A DNA stretch of 32,000 bases from sequence record CM040116.1. The stretch is one strand, 5' to 3'. The notes beneath the pieces were generated by a model, which saw only the letters and a list, made by a program, of their open reading frames with translations, was not told where the DNA came from and ran no database searches. This document shows positions 13,446-24,554 of the stretch, piece by piece. The position numbers were made by a program, and so were the translations under genes. The first letter of the stretch is position 1, and every line of letters begins with the position of its first letter.

Positions 13446-13489
13446 AAATAAGTAATGAGAATCATTTTATTTATTCTCATTACTTATTT
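13446..13489. terminator. Stem-loop between convergent atpE and apcB (17-bp perfect stem, 10-nt loop)
   Basis: AAATAAGTAATGAGAAT (13446-13462) pairs perfectly with ATTCTCATTACTTATTT (13473-13489). It lies 20 nt after the atpE stop and 13 nt after the apcB stop. This is the longest perfect stem in the window. Confidence 0.65.
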
Positions 13490-13502
13490 ATTTATATATG
13501 TA

Positions 13503-13988
13503 TTAACTTAAGCCAGAGCAAATATAGTCAAAATATACTCCCATTTCCTTTCCTGCATCCTGACCTACCAAACTAGCAGTAACTTCTTTCATAGCTTGTA
13601 CAGCTTGTATAGTTGCACCAATAGGTACACCTAGCGAGTTATATGTTTCTTTTAAACCATTTAATACACGCTCGTCTAAAATAGAAGGATCCCCTGCTAA
13701 CATGCCGTAAGTAGCATAACGAAGATAATAATCTAAATCACGTATACAAGCAGCATATCTTCTAGTAGTATACATATTACCGCCAGGTCTGGTAATATCA
13801 GAATACAATAAAGCTTTAGCAACGGAATCTTTAATAATTGTTGCAGCATTAGCTGCTATAGTAGCCGAAGCTCTAACTCTTAACTCACCTGTTTGAAAAT
13901 AACCCCTCAATTTATCTAATGAATTGTCGTCTAAGTATTTTCCTTGTACATCAGCTGCATTAATTACAGAAGTAATAGCATCTTGCAT
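13503..13988 (-). CDS. apcB: Allophycocyanin beta subunit
   Basis: 161 aa, [31 protein letters not shown]...[16 protein letters not shown], containing the chromophore-binding Cys context. Confidence 0.96.
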   Translation of the reverse strand: MQDAITSVINAADVQGKYLDDNSLDKLRGYFQTGELRVRASATIAANAATIIKDSVAKALLYSDITRPGGNMYTTRRYAACIRDLDYYLRYATYGMLAGDPSILDERVLNGLKETYNSLGVPIGATIQAVQAMKEVTASLVGQDAGKEMGVYFDYICSGLS

Positions 13989-14059
13989 AATTTTTAAACT
14001 GTCCTTAAATTATTTCTTATTTATTTCTATTATTACTTAATAATATAAATTTTTATACT

Positions 14060-14545
14060 TTATTGCATTGCACCTAAAGTGTAATCAAAATAAAATCCCG
14101 CCTCAGCTGAGTCTTCTCCAGATAACAAAGAACAAGCAAAAGCCTTCATTGAGCGTACTCCTTCAGCAACTCCAGAGATAGGTGTACCTAAAGAATTATA
14201 CATTTCTTTAACTCCAACTAAGCCAATTTCTTCTATTGGAGTGACATCACCAGCTACTATACCATAGGTTACTAATCTTAAATAATAATCTAGATCTCTT
14301 AAACATGTCGCTGTCATCTCTTCACCGTAAGCATTACCTCCAGGAGATACTACATCTGGACGCTTTTGAAATAATTGTTGACCACCCTGCTTTACAATTA
14401 ATTCACGATTATCTGTTAAAATTTGTGCTATTCGTAAGCGCCTCTGGCCAGACAGAACAAAACTCTTTATTCTATCTAGCTCTCCAGGGCTTAAATACCG
14501 AGCTTCCGCATCTGCATTGACAATCGATTTAGTAACAATACTCAT
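14060..14545 (-). CDS. apcA: Allophycocyanin alpha subunit
   Basis: 161 aa, [30 protein letters not shown]...[22 protein letters not shown] motif lies about 10 nt upstream of the ATG. Confidence 0.96.
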   Translation of the reverse strand: MSIVTKSIVNADAEARYLSPGELDRIKSFVLSGQRRLRIAQILTDNRELIVKQGGQQLFQKRPDVVSPGGNAYGEEMTATCLRDLDYYLRLVTYGIVAGDVTPIEEIGLVGVKEMYNSLGTPISGVAEGVRSMKAFACSLLSGEDSAEAGFYFDYTLGAMQ

Positions 14546-14721
14546 TAATCAAACTCCAATAATACTATAACCTATAACATTTATATAATAAAATACAATT
14601 TAAATCTCTACTTTCAAACTCAACATTCATAACTCAAGGTCTTTTACAATAAGTACAAAAAAAACATGTTTAAGAAGTACTAAAGCAAGAAAGCTAATAT
14701 ACTATATCGTGAAATAATAAT

Positions 14722-17337
14722 TTACTGATTACCAACTTGAGAAATAAAACTCGGTATAATAATTGAACTATTTTGTTTAGTTAAACTATTATACAATTTT
14801 TCCGTATTTGGAAAATTAGCTGCTGGTAAAGTTGGAAAACGACGGTATGGTACAATATTCATACCAAAGACAATATCATATTCTTTACTATTAACTAAAA
14901 CCGATATAAAATAAGCTAATCCTTGAGATGCTAAAATTTGATTATAATACCTTATTTCAGCTTGATTATTTGGTGCTCTACCTAAAAAATGCTTTGTACC
15001 CAATTCAATAACTTTTGTATTAGGATATGGCTGATAAAATTCTTTAGCATACAAAGAAGAAGAACCTAATTTTTCCACTATTTGTTTAACTGTTATTTGT
15101 CTATTAACAAATGCTTTTTCTAAATTAAAAAACTCATCTCCTATAACAAAAGAATTTAAATCTCTCTCAAAAATTTGACGATATATAGCTCTCAAAACTT
15201 GAAGCATATTAGAAGTATTCATCTCAGAATCAACTTGAAAAATAACTGTTTGATCTCTTTTTATATTAACACCTTGCTGAATTCTTTTCATAATGCTACC
15301 TCGTTGAATGATCTGAGAATTCGATATTTTTTGCTGCAACAAATCTGAAATAGGATTAGCATTATACTGTTGATTGCTTAACTTGAGATTCCTAGCAGCT
15401 AGTTCAGAAGGTGTAATATATCTTTCATATGGAACAATATTTTCACCAAAAGTTTCAACATATTCAGGACTGTTGATTATGGCATCTATCATCTTATAAT
15501 AACCTTGCTTATAAACTATATCAAAATACTTATTAATTTCTTGCCTGCCATAAGTAGGCCTACCTATTAATCGATTATGTATGTACTCAATAGATTTACA
15601 TATGTATAAATTATTCCAATACAATGATCTAAATACAGAAGATTTAGTTAATTCACTAATAAACTCACGAACAGAAATTTGACGATCTTTAAATAGATCT
15701 TCAAACTTTTGAATCGTAACTTGCTCAGATTGATAAACAAAACGACCAAAAACCCTTAAATATACTGCTCTGACAATTTGCTCTATGTTATTAACTTGAT
15801 TCAATTTAAATATTTTAGGACCTAATGAGCCTGAAATTTTAGAACGCAAGTTCGGACGACTAATTTGACTATAAATTCCAGGACCACTTCTAGGCAAAAT
15901 TCTTCTCGTATCTTTTCCAAAAGGAGATGACTTTTTACGCAAATTAATACTATTTTGGGCAAAAATTGCTCCGAATTGTATTAATAATGGATCATTGCTT
16001 AATCCATAGGGATGCTGATCTGGAAGATTGGATTTATAATCACTAAATAAAGTCACAAATTGAGGTATCTTCCGAAAAACTGTACTATAGTTTAGTAATT
16101 CAATCTGAGCTCCCCAATTGCGAGCTTCTTGTGCCTCTTCTCCTAAACTGCGTAAATAAGGCACTGTTTCTTCACCAAAATAATCTGCATATTCAGTACT
16201 ATTTATCATATTATCTATTAAACCATCCAAACCTCTAGAAGATAAAACAGCAAAATATTTTTTAAATTCTTCTAAGGAACTTGTGCCTCTACCTAAAAAA
16301 TGCCTAAATGCCAATTCAATAACACGACTATTAACAAAAGGCTGTACAAATTGCTTACGATAAATATATGATTTTCCTAAACAACGAATAAATTCTTTAA
16401 TTGATAAAGTACCATTCTTAACTTGTGATTCTAAATCTTTGAAATTTAACCCGTATGCTTTTGAAATATCTCTTTGAAAAATTTGTCTATAACAGGCTTT
16501 AATAACGTTGTTTTTTTCTTCTGAAGATAAACTCGTTTTCATAACAAAACGTTGCTTAAGAATACTAGACTTCGTGTATATTTGAGGTAAACGTAAGCCT
16601 TGTAAATCACCAGAAGTCCGTCTACGTAATTTATCAGTTAAAGCAAATTGATCAAACTCTGTAATAATAATATCAAAGTATTCTTTTACTAAATTTTGTC
16701 CTTGTACATCTTCATTAAAAATACTTAAAGCAATTTTACGCATTTCTCTCAATGCAACTATTGCTGCAGCACTAGAACAAGCGTTATCAATTAAATCTCT
16801 CAACCCTCTAATATTAACAGATAAAATATTTGGATCTCCTGCAACAATAGCATAAGTTAAGTATCTTAAGAACCAGTCCAAATCACGCAAAGATTTTTTC
16901 ATGCGATTAGTTCCATAACGGACTACACTTATAGGCTTAAAACCAGCGGGTAACGAATCACTTGTACTAAAAGGTGATGAAACTATTCCTGCTAAATTAT
17001 TTTGAATATCACCTGATAAATTTTGTAAATTTGACCCATTATTCAATTTGCCTGTTGATAAAAATGATGCTTGCGGTCTTTCTAAATAAGAAATAGGCGA
17101 CCCTCCTACAAATATCTTATCAGCCGCTTTAGAAACTAATATATTCGCATTCTTAGTCAAGATATCAGCTACTTCTAAACGTTTATTGCCTGAATTTAAA
17201 AATGCAACAAGCTGATCAAGCTCTCCTAGTTGCAAAAAACGATCTTGTTGTTCTGCTTGTGATATAGCAGACATCGAAGCTGTGCGAAAAAGCTGCGGAC
17301 ATACTAAAGGACTTCCACCAATTGCTTTAACACTCAT
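14722..17337 (-). CDS. apcE: Phycobilisome core-membrane linker (LCM / ApcE)
   Basis: 871 aa with an N-terminal phycobiliprotein-like domain (MSVKAIGGS...SAISQAEQQDRFL, LRDLDWFLRYLTYAIVAGD, NACSS Cys). Three linker REP domains follow (CYRQIFQRD, AVYLRVFGR, AIYRQIFERD). An AGGAG motif lies 10 nt upstream of the ATG. Confidence 0.95.
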   Translation of the reverse strand: MSVKAIGGSPLVCPQLFRTASMSAISQAEQQDRFLQLGELDQLVAFLNSGNKRLEVADILTKNANILVSKAADKIFVGGSPISYLERPQASFLSTGKLNNGSNLQNLSGDIQNNLAGIVSSPFSTSDSLPAGFKPISVVRYGTNRMKKSLRDLDWFLRYLTYAIVAGDPNILSVNIRGLRDLIDNACSSAAAIVALREMRKIALSIFNEDVQGQNLVKEYFDIIITEFDQFALTDKLRRRTSGDLQGLRLPQIYTKSSILKQRFVMKTSLSSEEKNNVIKACYRQIFQRDISKAYGLNFKDLESQVKNGTLSIKEFIRCLGKSYIYRKQFVQPFVNSRVIELAFRHFLGRGTSSLEEFKKYFAVLSSRGLDGLIDNMINSTEYADYFGEETVPYLRSLGEEAQEARNWGAQIELLNYSTVFRKIPQFVTLFSDYKSNLPDQHPYGLSNDPLLIQFGAIFAQNSINLRKKSSPFGKDTRRILPRSGPGIYSQISRPNLRSKISGSLGPKIFKLNQVNNIEQIVRAVYLRVFGRFVYQSEQVTIQKFEDLFKDRQISVREFISELTKSSVFRSLYWNNLYICKSIEYIHNRLIGRPTYGRQEINKYFDIVYKQGYYKMIDAIINSPEYVETFGENIVPYERYITPSELAARNLKLSNQQYNANPISDLLQQKISNSQIIQRGSIMKRIQQGVNIKRDQTVIFQVDSEMNTSNMLQVLRAIYRQIFERDLNSFVIGDEFFNLEKAFVNRQITVKQIVEKLGSSSLYAKEFYQPYPNTKVIELGTKHFLGRAPNNQAEIRYYNQILASQGLAYFISVLVNSKEYDIVFGMNIVPYRRFPTLPAANFPNTEKLYNSLTKQNSSIIIPSFISQVGNQ

Positions 17338-17423
17338 AAAATATTGATCTCCTAAATACTATATTTTTATCTGTATTGTTTTAATATAAATAATTTAGTT
17401 CAAAAACATAGCTACTCAAAAAG

Positions 17424-17460
17424 TAAATTTTATAAATAGATTGTTTATTTATAAAATTTA
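17424..17460. repeat. Perfect 15-bp inverted repeat made only of A/T, with a 7-nt loop, in the divergent apcE/tatC spacer
   Basis: TAAATTTTATAAATA (17424-17438) pairs with TATTTATAAAATTTA (17446-17460), and the loop is GATTGTT. It lies about 90-120 nt upstream of the apcE ATG. Confidence 0.5.
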
Positions 17461-17667
17461 AGCGCTTATTATATTGTAGCAGTATCTATACTTACTGTAT
17501 AAATTTATACTTATAATATATTTAAAATATATATCTACCTTGAATAAATATAAAATTTGTAATACTTATTATGAATTAAATATATAACATAGTCTATATG
17601 TTGTTTCTCTATTAAATTAAAATATATTGAGACTGATAATAAGTAAAATTCTTTTAATTTAAATAAT

Positions 17668-18384
17668 ATGAACAAAAAAATAAATCCCAACACAGAAATG
17701 TCTATTTTTGAACATTTAGAAGAACTAAGAGAGCGTGTATTTATTGCTTCCATTATTTTTTGTATTATAACTATAATATGCTTTGCATATATGAAAAATA
17801 TCGCATATATACTACAGCAACCAGCAATAGGAATAAAATTTTTACAGCTAGCACCAGGAGAATATCTATTCACTTCTATTAGAGTATCATTATATACAGG
17901 CTTTTTATTAAGTAGCCCTTTTATTATTTATCAAATTACTTTATTTATTTTACCTGGACTGACTAAGAAAGAAAGAAAATTTATAATACCTCTACTCTTT
18001 ACATCAATATTTTTATTTTTTAGTGGCATTATATTTGCTTACGTAATTCTAGTTCCTGCAGCATTGCAATTTTTGATTAACTATGGCGACGAAATTGTAG
18101 AACCAATATGGTCATTTGAACAATATTTCAACTTTATATTACTTCTTTTATTTAGTACAGGTATTGCATTTCAAATTCCTATTATTCAAATAGTTTTAGG
18201 AATGCTAGAAATTTTTTCTTCTACAGAAATGTATGCTTATTGGAAATATATTATTTTAGGCGCAACAATAATTGCAGCTATCATTACGCCATCTACTGAT
18301 CCAGTAACACAAATTATTATGTCTTTAGCTATTTTAGTTTTATACAGCAGCGGAATCATTATATTAAAAATTTTAAACAAATAA
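17668..18384 (+). CDS. tatC: Sec-independent (Tat) protein translocase subunit TatC (ycf43)
   Basis: 238 aa, polytopic. The N-terminal MSIFEHLEELRERV box and the later PSTDPVTQ motif are typical of TatC. Confidence 0.9.
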   Translation: MNKKINPNTEMSIFEHLEELRERVFIASIIFCIITIICFAYMKNIAYILQQPAIGIKFLQLAPGEYLFTSIRVSLYTGFLLSSPFIIYQITLFILPGLTKKERKFIIPLLFTSIFLFFSGIIFAYVILVPAALQFLINYGDEIVEPIWSFEQYFNFILLLLFSTGIAFQIPIIQIVLGMLEIFSSTEMYAYWKYIILGATIIAAIITPSTDPVTQIIMSLAILVLYSSGIIILKILNK

Positions 18385-18569
18385 ATCTGATATATAACAA
18401 AATATTAATATAAAGGTATTAAACAATATGATAATCCTTAAAACCTATAATAAAAAGTATTTATGAAAAAATCACAAATATAGAATGTTATTATAAATAA
18501 ATAAGAGATATAATTATTAAAAATCCAATTTTATTTAATATAACTCATAATTATAATAAATATTTTCAT

Positions 18570-19502
18570 ATGAATATCAAACTTGCATTATTAATTTTCG
18601 TTAGTACTATAAACTTAATTATAATTCAGCCTATCACAACTTCAGCATTTCCTATATATGCACAGCAAGGATATGATAATCCTAGAGAAGCAACTGGTAG
18701 AATAGTATGCGCAAACTGTCATTTAGCACAAAAAACAGTTGAAATTGAAATACCTAAAACTGTATTACCGAATAGCGTTTTCGAAGCCATTGTTAAAATA
18801 CCATATGACAAGAACAGTAAACAAATTTTAGGTAATGGACTTAAAGGGCCTATAAACACTGGTGCTGTTGTTATTTTACCAGAAGGTTTTAAATTAGCTC
18901 CCAAAAATTTATTATCAGAAGAATTAAAAGAAAAAACTAACAATGTTTACATACAGCCATATAGTATAACACAGGAGAATATCTTATTAGTTGGTCCTTT
19001 ACCTGGAGACAAAAACCAAACAATTGTTTTTCCTATTTTATCACCAGATCCAAACCAGAACAAAAACATCCATTTCTTAAAATATCCAATCTATGTAGGT
19101 GCTAACAGAGGAAGAGGACAAGTATATCCAACTGGAGATAAGTCCAATAATAATGCAATAGTGTCTTCACAGAATGGAAAAGTTGCAGATATTACATCAC
19201 TAGAAAAAGGAGGATATACAGTTAAGATTGAAAAAAGAAATGGAGAAACTTATACAGAAACTATACCACCTGGCTTAGATTTACTTATTTCTAAAGGAAG
19301 TGAAGTATTGACGAACCAAAGTTTAACTACTGATCCAAATGTAGGAGGATTCGGGCAAACTGAAACAGAAATAGTTCTACAAAGCTCTTCTAGAATCAAA
19401 GGCATGATAGTTTTCTTCTTTACTGTAACAATAGCCCAAATATTTTTTGTATTAAAGAAAAAACAATGGGAAAAAGTACAAGCAGCAGAGATTAATTTCT
19501 AA
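18570..19502 (+). CDS. petA: Cytochrome f (apocytochrome f precursor)
   Basis: A signal peptide is followed by [27 protein letters not shown], which contains the CxxCH heme site. There is a C-terminal TM anchor. Confidence 0.96.
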   Translation: MNIKLALLIFVSTINLIIIQPITTSAFPIYAQQGYDNPREATGRIVCANCHLAQKTVEIEIPKTVLPNSVFEAIVKIPYDKNSKQILGNGLKGPINTGAVVILPEGFKLAPKNLLSEELKEKTNNVYIQPYSITQENILLVGPLPGDKNQTIVFPILSPDPNQNKNIHFLKYPIYVGANRGRGQVYPTGDKSNNNAIVSSQNGKVADITSLEKGGYTVKIEKRNGETYTETIPPGLDLLISKGSEVLTNQSLTTDPNVGGFGQTETEIVLQSSSRIKGMIVFFFTVTIAQIFFVLKKKQWEKVQAAEINF

Positions 19503-19527
19503 CGTGTAAATAAATATTCAATAATCG

Positions 19528-19555
19528 ATAAGTAAGTTTATATAAACTTACTTAT
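19528..19555. terminator. 28-nt perfect palindrome (about 12-bp stem) between convergent petA and odpB
   Basis: ATAAGTAAGTTTAT/ATAAACTTACTTAT; positions 19528-19541 pair with 19542-19555. It lies 26 nt after the petA stop and 49 nt after the odpB stop. Confidence 0.55.
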
Positions 19556-19603
19556 TAATTAATTATCAAATAATATAGTTTATTAGTTTATAAAAAATCA
19601 AAA

Positions 19604-20575
19604 CTAGACTATACTTTTAACAGCTTCAATAATTTGTCGAGGATAAATGACTGTTGCTTTTTCTAATTTCCCATTATATGGCGTTGGTATGTCCTGAGAG
19701 GATAATCTTATTATAGGAGCATCTAAAAAATCAAAATAATTATCATTAATTTGTGCTATTATTTCAGCAGCAATGCCTCCTGTTTTCATACATTCTTCTA
19801 CTATAATCAATTTATGTGTTTTCATTAAAGATTGTCCAATAGAATTTATATCCAAAGGTTTTAATGAAATTAAATCTATTACTTCTGGATTATAACCATC
19901 GTTAACAAGTTCTTCAACAGCTTGCATTACATGATGACGCATTCGAGAATAAGTCAAAATAGTAACATCTAATCCAGATCTAACTAATTCAGCTTTATCT
20001 AAAGGAAGGAAATACTCGTGATTCGGTAACTGATCTTTTAAATTATACAGTAAAACATGTTCAAAAAAAATTACTGGATTGTTATCTCTAATAGCAGATT
20101 TCAATAAACCTTTAGCATTATAAGGAGTTGAACAAGCTACAATTTTTAGCCCTGGTATAGCTTGAAAATAAGCCTCTAATCTTTGTGAATGCTCTGCCCC
20201 TAGTTGTCTACCAACCCCTCCTGGTCCACGTATCACTATAGGAATTTGAAAATTGCCTCCTGAAGTATAACGCAACATACCAGCATTATTAGAAATTTGA
20301 TTAAAAGCTAATAACAAAAAACTCATATTCATACCTTCTACTATAGGCCTTAAACCTGTAATTGCTGCTCCAATAGCCATACCCATAAAACTGTTTTCAG
20401 CAATAGGAGTATCTAAAACTCGTAAATCACCATATTTAGAATGTAAATCTTTAGTAACTTTATAAGAACCACCATAATGACCTACATCTTCTCCTAAAAC
20501 AAATACCGAAGAATCATTTTGCATCTCTTCGTTAGTAGCCTCTCTTAAAGCATCAAACATAAAAATAGAGCTCAT
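19604..20575 (-). CDS. odpB: Pyruvate dehydrogenase E1 component beta subunit
   Basis: 323 aa, with [35 protein letters not shown]...DTPIAENSF as the transketolase-like pyrimidine-binding domain. It sits immediately downstream of the E1 alpha gene. Also known as pdhB. Confidence 0.93.
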   Translation of the reverse strand: MSSIFMFDALREATNEEMQNDSSVFVLGEDVGHYGGSYKVTKDLHSKYGDLRVLDTPIAENSFMGMAIGAAITGLRPIVEGMNMSFLLLAFNQISNNAGMLRYTSGGNFQIPIVIRGPGGVGRQLGAEHSQRLEAYFQAIPGLKIVACSTPYNAKGLLKSAIRDNNPVIFFEHVLLYNLKDQLPNHEYFLPLDKAELVRSGLDVTILTYSRMRHHVMQAVEELVNDGYNPEVIDLISLKPLDINSIGQSLMKTHKLIIVEECMKTGGIAAEIIAQINDNYFDFLDAPIIRLSSQDIPTPYNGKLEKATVIYPRQIIEAVKSIV

Positions 20576-20623
20576 AAAACGACTATCCTCAACTAAAATA
20601 TAAAAAACAATATACTAATATAA

Positions 20624-21649
20624 TTAATCTACAAACAAATATTTTTTTAGATCTTTAATATTCGGTTCAGGGCTAGATATAGCGAATTCAACAGCTTGAT
20701 CCACTTCTATTTTAACTTTCGAATTTATATCATTAACTTGTTGCTCTGAAAGCAAAGAATGATCTAGTATATAGTCTTTTAAACGCTTAATCGGATCACG
20801 CGCTAACCATGCTTCTTTTTCAGTTACTGATCTCAATTCATCTGGGTCAGCTAAAGAGTGTCCACGAAAACGATAAGTTAAAGCTTCTATTAAAGTAGGT
20901 CCATGACCAAATTTTGCTCTGTTAATGGCTGCTAAAGCAACTTCTCGAACAGCTAAAACATCCATACCATCCACTTCTATACCAGGCAAGCCAAAGGCTT
21001 CTGCTTTTTTATGTATTTCAGGAAATGAAGTAGATCTATGATGAGCCATACCTATTGCCCATTGATTATTTTCAACTACAAAAATAATAGGAAGTTTCCA
21101 GAGAACAGCCATATTCAAACATTCAAAAAATTGTCCATTATTACTTGTACCATCACCAAAAAAACAAGCCGTCACACGCATTGATTGTTGATCATTTAAC
21201 ACTTGTTTTCTATACACACTTTGAAATGCAGCACCTATAGCAACTGGAATGCCTTCGCCAATAAATGCAAAACCACCTAAAAAATTGTGAGGTGCTGAAA
21301 AAATATGCATTGAACCACCACGTCCACGGCTACAACCAGTCTCTTTACCAAACAACTCTGCCATCACTAATTTAGCTGGGACCCCTTTACTTAACGCATG
21401 AACATGATCGCGATATGTACTACAAACATAATCGTCTTCCTGCAAAGCTTTTATAACTCCCGTAGAAACCGCCTCTTGTCCATTATATAAATGGACAAAA
21501 CCAAACATTTTACCCCTATAATACATTTGAGCACACATATCCTCAAAATGACGACCAAGTAGCATGTCTTGATAAAGTAATAATACAACCTGAGAATTTA
21601 TTTCATACTCACTAAATACGCTTGATGGTAAAGTAATTTTATTCTTCAT
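20624..21649 (-). CDS. odpA: Pyruvate dehydrogenase E1 component alpha subunit
   Basis: 341 aa with the TPP-binding motif [17 protein letters not shown], plus [15 protein letters not shown]. Also known as pdhA. Confidence 0.93.
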   Translation of the reverse strand: MKNKITLPSSVFSEYEINSQVVLLLYQDMLLGRHFEDMCAQMYYRGKMFGFVHLYNGQEAVSTGVIKALQEDDYVCSTYRDHVHALSKGVPAKLVMAELFGKETGCSRGRGGSMHIFSAPHNFLGGFAFIGEGIPVAIGAAFQSVYRKQVLNDQQSMRVTACFFGDGTSNNGQFFECLNMAVLWKLPIIFVVENNQWAIGMAHHRSTSFPEIHKKAEAFGLPGIEVDGMDVLAVREVALAAINRAKFGHGPTLIEALTYRFRGHSLADPDELRSVTEKEAWLARDPIKRLKDYILDHSLLSEQQVNDINSKVKIEVDQAVEFAISSPEPNIKDLKKYLFVD

Positions 21650-21853
21650 TTGTTTAAATATTATAATTAATTCAAATATTAAAAATCATAAGCTGAAAAA
21701 TGGTACACATAAATACAAGAAATATACAAATAATAATACATTAGGAATTTTTATATATCAATTAAAAAATACATTCAAATAATTACTTATTGTTCGTAAT
21801 ATAGTTATAATAAGTTGTTCGAGTTTATATTTTATCAAAATTGCATAATAAAA

Positions 21854-22831
21854 ATGGCTATGACTATAATGCCTAAAATCTTACCCAATATCCATAAAGA
21901 TTTATTGATTTTAGAAACTAACTTAAAAAAAATGGTTAGTGCTAAACATCCTATATTGTACGCAGCAGCTGAACATCTTTTCAGCGCTGGAGGAAAAAGA
22001 ATAAGACCAACTATTATATTACTAATAGCATTATCAACAACAAAAAAACTAAATATACTACCAGAGCACAAACGTCTAGCAGAAATAACAGAAATAATAC
22101 ATACAGCAAGCTTAGTACATGATGATGTAATCGACGAATGTGAAACTAGGAGAGGAGTCAATACAGTTCATAATACATTTAGTACTAAAGTAGCTGTCTT
22201 AGCAGGAGACTTTTTATTTGCTCAATCTTCTTGGTATTTAGCTAATTTAAATAATTTAGCAGTGGTTAAGACTATTTCCAAAGTAATTACTGATTTTGCA
22301 GAAGGTGAAGTAAGGCAAAGTCTAACATGTTTCGATGAAACAATATCTATGGATAACTATATAGAAAAATCTTTCTATAAAACTGCATCACTAATGGCAT
22401 CAAGTTGTCAAGCAGCAGCTATATTAAGTGAAACAACTAAGAATATACAACATCAATTTTATATCTATGGAAAACACCTAGGGTTAGCTTTTCAAATTGT
22501 CGATGATATCCTAGATATAATTGGTTCTGAAGGTACTCTTGGAAAACCAGCAGGATCAGATTTAAAGAATGGTAATTTAACAGCTCCACTTATTTTTGCT
22601 TTACAAGAAAATTCAGTACTGTATCATCTAATTGAAAGAGAATTTGAACAAAGTAACGATATACCTCAAGCTATAGAAATAATTAAAAGAAGCAATGGTA
22701 TTCAAAAATCATACGATTTGGCTCAAGAACATATACAAGCATCAATACAAGCTATTAACAAGATTGATAATAAACTAGCTCAAGAAAGCTTATCTTACAT
22801 TAACAGTTATATTATAAAAAGATTAAATTAA
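21854..22831 (+). CDS. preA: Prenyl (polyprenyl/solanesyl) diphosphate synthase
   Basis: Two Asp-rich motifs, LVHDDVIDE and IVDDILD. I prefer the ATG at 21854 (MAMTIMPKI...); the track start at 21815 is a TTG. Confidence 0.88.
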   Translation: MAMTIMPKILPNIHKDLLILETNLKKMVSAKHPILYAAAEHLFSAGGKRIRPTIILLIALSTTKKLNILPEHKRLAEITEIIHTASLVHDDVIDECETRRGVNTVHNTFSTKVAVLAGDFLFAQSSWYLANLNNLAVVKTISKVITDFAEGEVRQSLTCFDETISMDNYIEKSFYKTASLMASSCQAAAILSETTKNIQHQFYIYGKHLGLAFQIVDDILDIIGSEGTLGKPAGSDLKNGNLTAPLIFALQENSVLYHLIEREFEQSNDIPQAIEIIKRSNGIQKSYDLAQEHIQASIQAINKIDNKLAQESLSYINSYIIKRLN

Positions 22832-23058
22832 TAAATGAAATTATAATTAAATACTATTCTATACAACAATATATAAGTATTATTTCATTTAAACACACAA
22901 TTATTATAATAATAAGTTCAACAAAATGAGAACTAACAATTATGATATTTTGTATTAAATACTTTAAAGATAAAATAAAATTAATTATTATACAGTATAT
23001 GAATACGAACATCATAAGATGTTTTTTAGTAGTAATAATAAATATAACTTTAGTATAT

Positions 23059-23079
23059 TTAGCTAAAAAATATAGCTAA
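23059..23079. terminator. Short stem-loop (7-bp stem TTAGCTA/TAGCTAA, 7-nt loop) 42 nt downstream of rpl20
   Basis: 23059-23065 pairs with 23073-23079. The stem is short, so support is weak. Confidence 0.25.
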
Positions 23080-23120
23080 TTTTGCTTCTAACAATTATAT
23101 TTACTCAAAAATTTCAATTC

Positions 23121-23471
23121 TCAATTTAATTCACAAGACTCTATAATAGTCTTAAACATAGTATTATCTAGAATAGCTAATTGCGATAACATCTTACGGT
23201 TTAATGCTATACCTCTTTTTTTTAATTTTTGTATAAATTCACTATATGTAATACCGTAAGGTCTAACAGCCGCATTAATACGAACTATCCAAAGACTTCT
23301 ATAGTTACGCTTACGCTGCTTTCTACCTATGTAAGAATATTTTAAAGCTTTTAATACTTGCTGTTTAGCTGTGCGAAACAAAATTGAATGAGAACCTCGA
23401 AAACCTTTTGCTAGTTTTAAAATTTTTTTTCGTCTTTTACGGGCAACATTGCCCCTTTTAACTCTAGTCAT
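23121..23471 (-). CDS. rpl20: 50S ribosomal protein L20
   Basis: 116 aa, [29 protein letters not shown], the canonical L20 N-terminus. Confidence 0.95.
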   Translation of the reverse strand: MTRVKRGNVARKRRKKILKLAKGFRGSHSILFRTAKQQVLKALKYSYIGRKQRKRNYRSLWIVRINAAVRPYGITYSEFIQKLKKRGIALNRKMLSQLAILDNTMFKTIIESCELN

Positions 23472-23481
23472 AAATATAATA

Positions 23482-23682
23482 TTAATGTATATAAGGTATT
23501 TTAAATTTTAGACTTGATATATCACACTGCTCCAAACGAAGAACTTTTCTTAATTTTTGTTTTCTTTTAGATGATTTCTTTTGCAACAAATGGCTATGAC
23601 CAGCCATATGTCTCAGAACTTTGTTTTTAGATTTAAATTTAAATCTTTTAACAATTGATTTAGAATTTTTTAGTTTATACAT
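23482..23682 (-). CDS. rpl35: 50S ribosomal protein L35
   Basis: 66-aa very basic protein [41 protein letters not shown]. It ends 10 nt upstream of rpl20, matching the conserved rpl35-rpl20 pair. Confidence 0.85.
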   Translation of the reverse strand: MYKLKNSKSIVKRFKFKSKNKVLRHMAGHSHLLQKKSSKRKQKLRKVLRLEQCDISSLKFKIPYIH

Positions 23683-23774
23683 AAATTATACTATTGAATT
23701 AGTTAATGCAATAACGAGAAATTAATGAATTACTTCAAGCAACAAAATTTATCCATATATATAAAGACAAATCA

Positions 23775-23807
23775 GATCTTAGATAATATATCCATACTAC
23801 TAAGATC
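23775..23807. terminator. Stem-loop (8-bp stem GATCTTAG/CTAAGATC, 17-nt loop) about 50 nt downstream of pbsA
   Basis: 23775-23782 pairs with 23800-23807. A function is inferred from position only. Confidence 0.3.
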
Positions 23808-23858
23808 ATAAATCAAATATTCGTATATAATACAACAAAAAATCACAAATATTGTATT

Positions 23859-24554
23859 TTAAATAATTTTTTTACGCAAACTCATAATTGCACTTAGTAA
23901 TAACATTCCCATAATCTTAATAAAATTAGAGTTTAATTCTTGAAAAACTTTCATATTAAGATTAAAAGCTGTATTAGCTTCAGCAATAATATGTTCAATT
24001 TGCATTTGATTAATAGGCGCATCATCTAATGCTTGACGGTATATTGTTTTAAACCTTTTTTCATCCTTAATGTTATGAAAGTTATAAAAATCTGTTCCCT
24101 CATTACTTGATAAATTCATAGCCGTTTGAGCAATTCTTTTCAAAATCTGTCCTCCAGATAAATCGCCCATATATCTAGTATACGCATGAGCTATTAATAA
24201 TTCTGGTTGATTGACGCTAATATTACGAATTCTATCAACATATATTTTTGTTGCTGAAGAAGGATAAACCTGCTCTTCCCAATTAGAACCATAATAATAT
24301 TCAAGATCTTTTTTTAAACTAAGGGTACGATTTAGTTCTGGAAAATATATAGATTGAACGACAAAATGATTTTTATTTTTCTCAATTTCTTCTTCAAGTG
24401 CAGTATATACAAAGAATAGATTAGCTATTAATTTGCGGTAAGATTTTTTATCGACTACACCACCTAAAAATGATTTAACAAAACTAACATTTTCAGCCAT
24501 ACTGTGAGCTTTTGTTGTGCCCTCACGTAATTGTTGAGCTAAATTAGTAGACAT
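23859..24554 (-). CDS. pbsA: Heme oxygenase (phycobilin biosynthesis)
   Basis: MSTNLAQQLREGTTKAHSMAENVSFVKSFLGG contains the proximal His context, and YTRYMGDLSGGQILK is also present. I prefer the ATG at 24554; the track start at 24617 is a TTG. Confidence 0.92.
   Translation of the reverse strand: MSTNLAQQLREGTTKAHSMAENVSFVKSFLGGVVDKKSYRKLIANLFFVYTALEEEIEKNKNHFVVQSIYFPELNRTLSLKKDLEYYYGSNWEEQVYPSSATKIYVDRIRNISVNQPELLIAHAYTRYMGDLSGGQILKRIAQTAMNLSSNEGTDFYNFHNIKDEKRFKTIYRQALDDAPINQMQIEHIIAEANTAFNLNMKVFQELNSNFIKIMGMLLLSAIMSLRKKII

Noticed and set aside
14305-14520. 71-aa plus-strand ORF antisense to apcA
   Set aside because: Embedded antisense in apcA, with no recognisable features.
17535-17873. 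112-aa minus-strand ORF overlapping the tatC 5' end and the apcE/tatC spacer
   Set aside because: It overlaps the well-supported tatC start on the opposite strand. The product is Ile/Phe/Tyr/Lys-rich as expected from random AT-rich sequence, and it has no ribosome-binding motif.
18719-18943. 74-aa ORF antisense to petA, plus similar antisense ORFs in preA (21835-22161), acsF (27039-27275), psaD (28043-28309), ycf45 (29559-29741) and accB (31232-31501)
   Set aside because: All lie within and antisense to genes that carry clear catalytic or cofactor motifs. None has independent support.
23859-23930. Hydrophobic, basic C-terminal tail of pbsA (IMGMLLLSAIMSLRKKII) as a possible membrane tail-anchor
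   Set aside because: It is plausible, but I cannot tell from sequence alone whether it is lineage-typical, and AT-biased codons favour Ile/Leu/Lys-rich termini. Without an alignment this is not enough to report as a finding.
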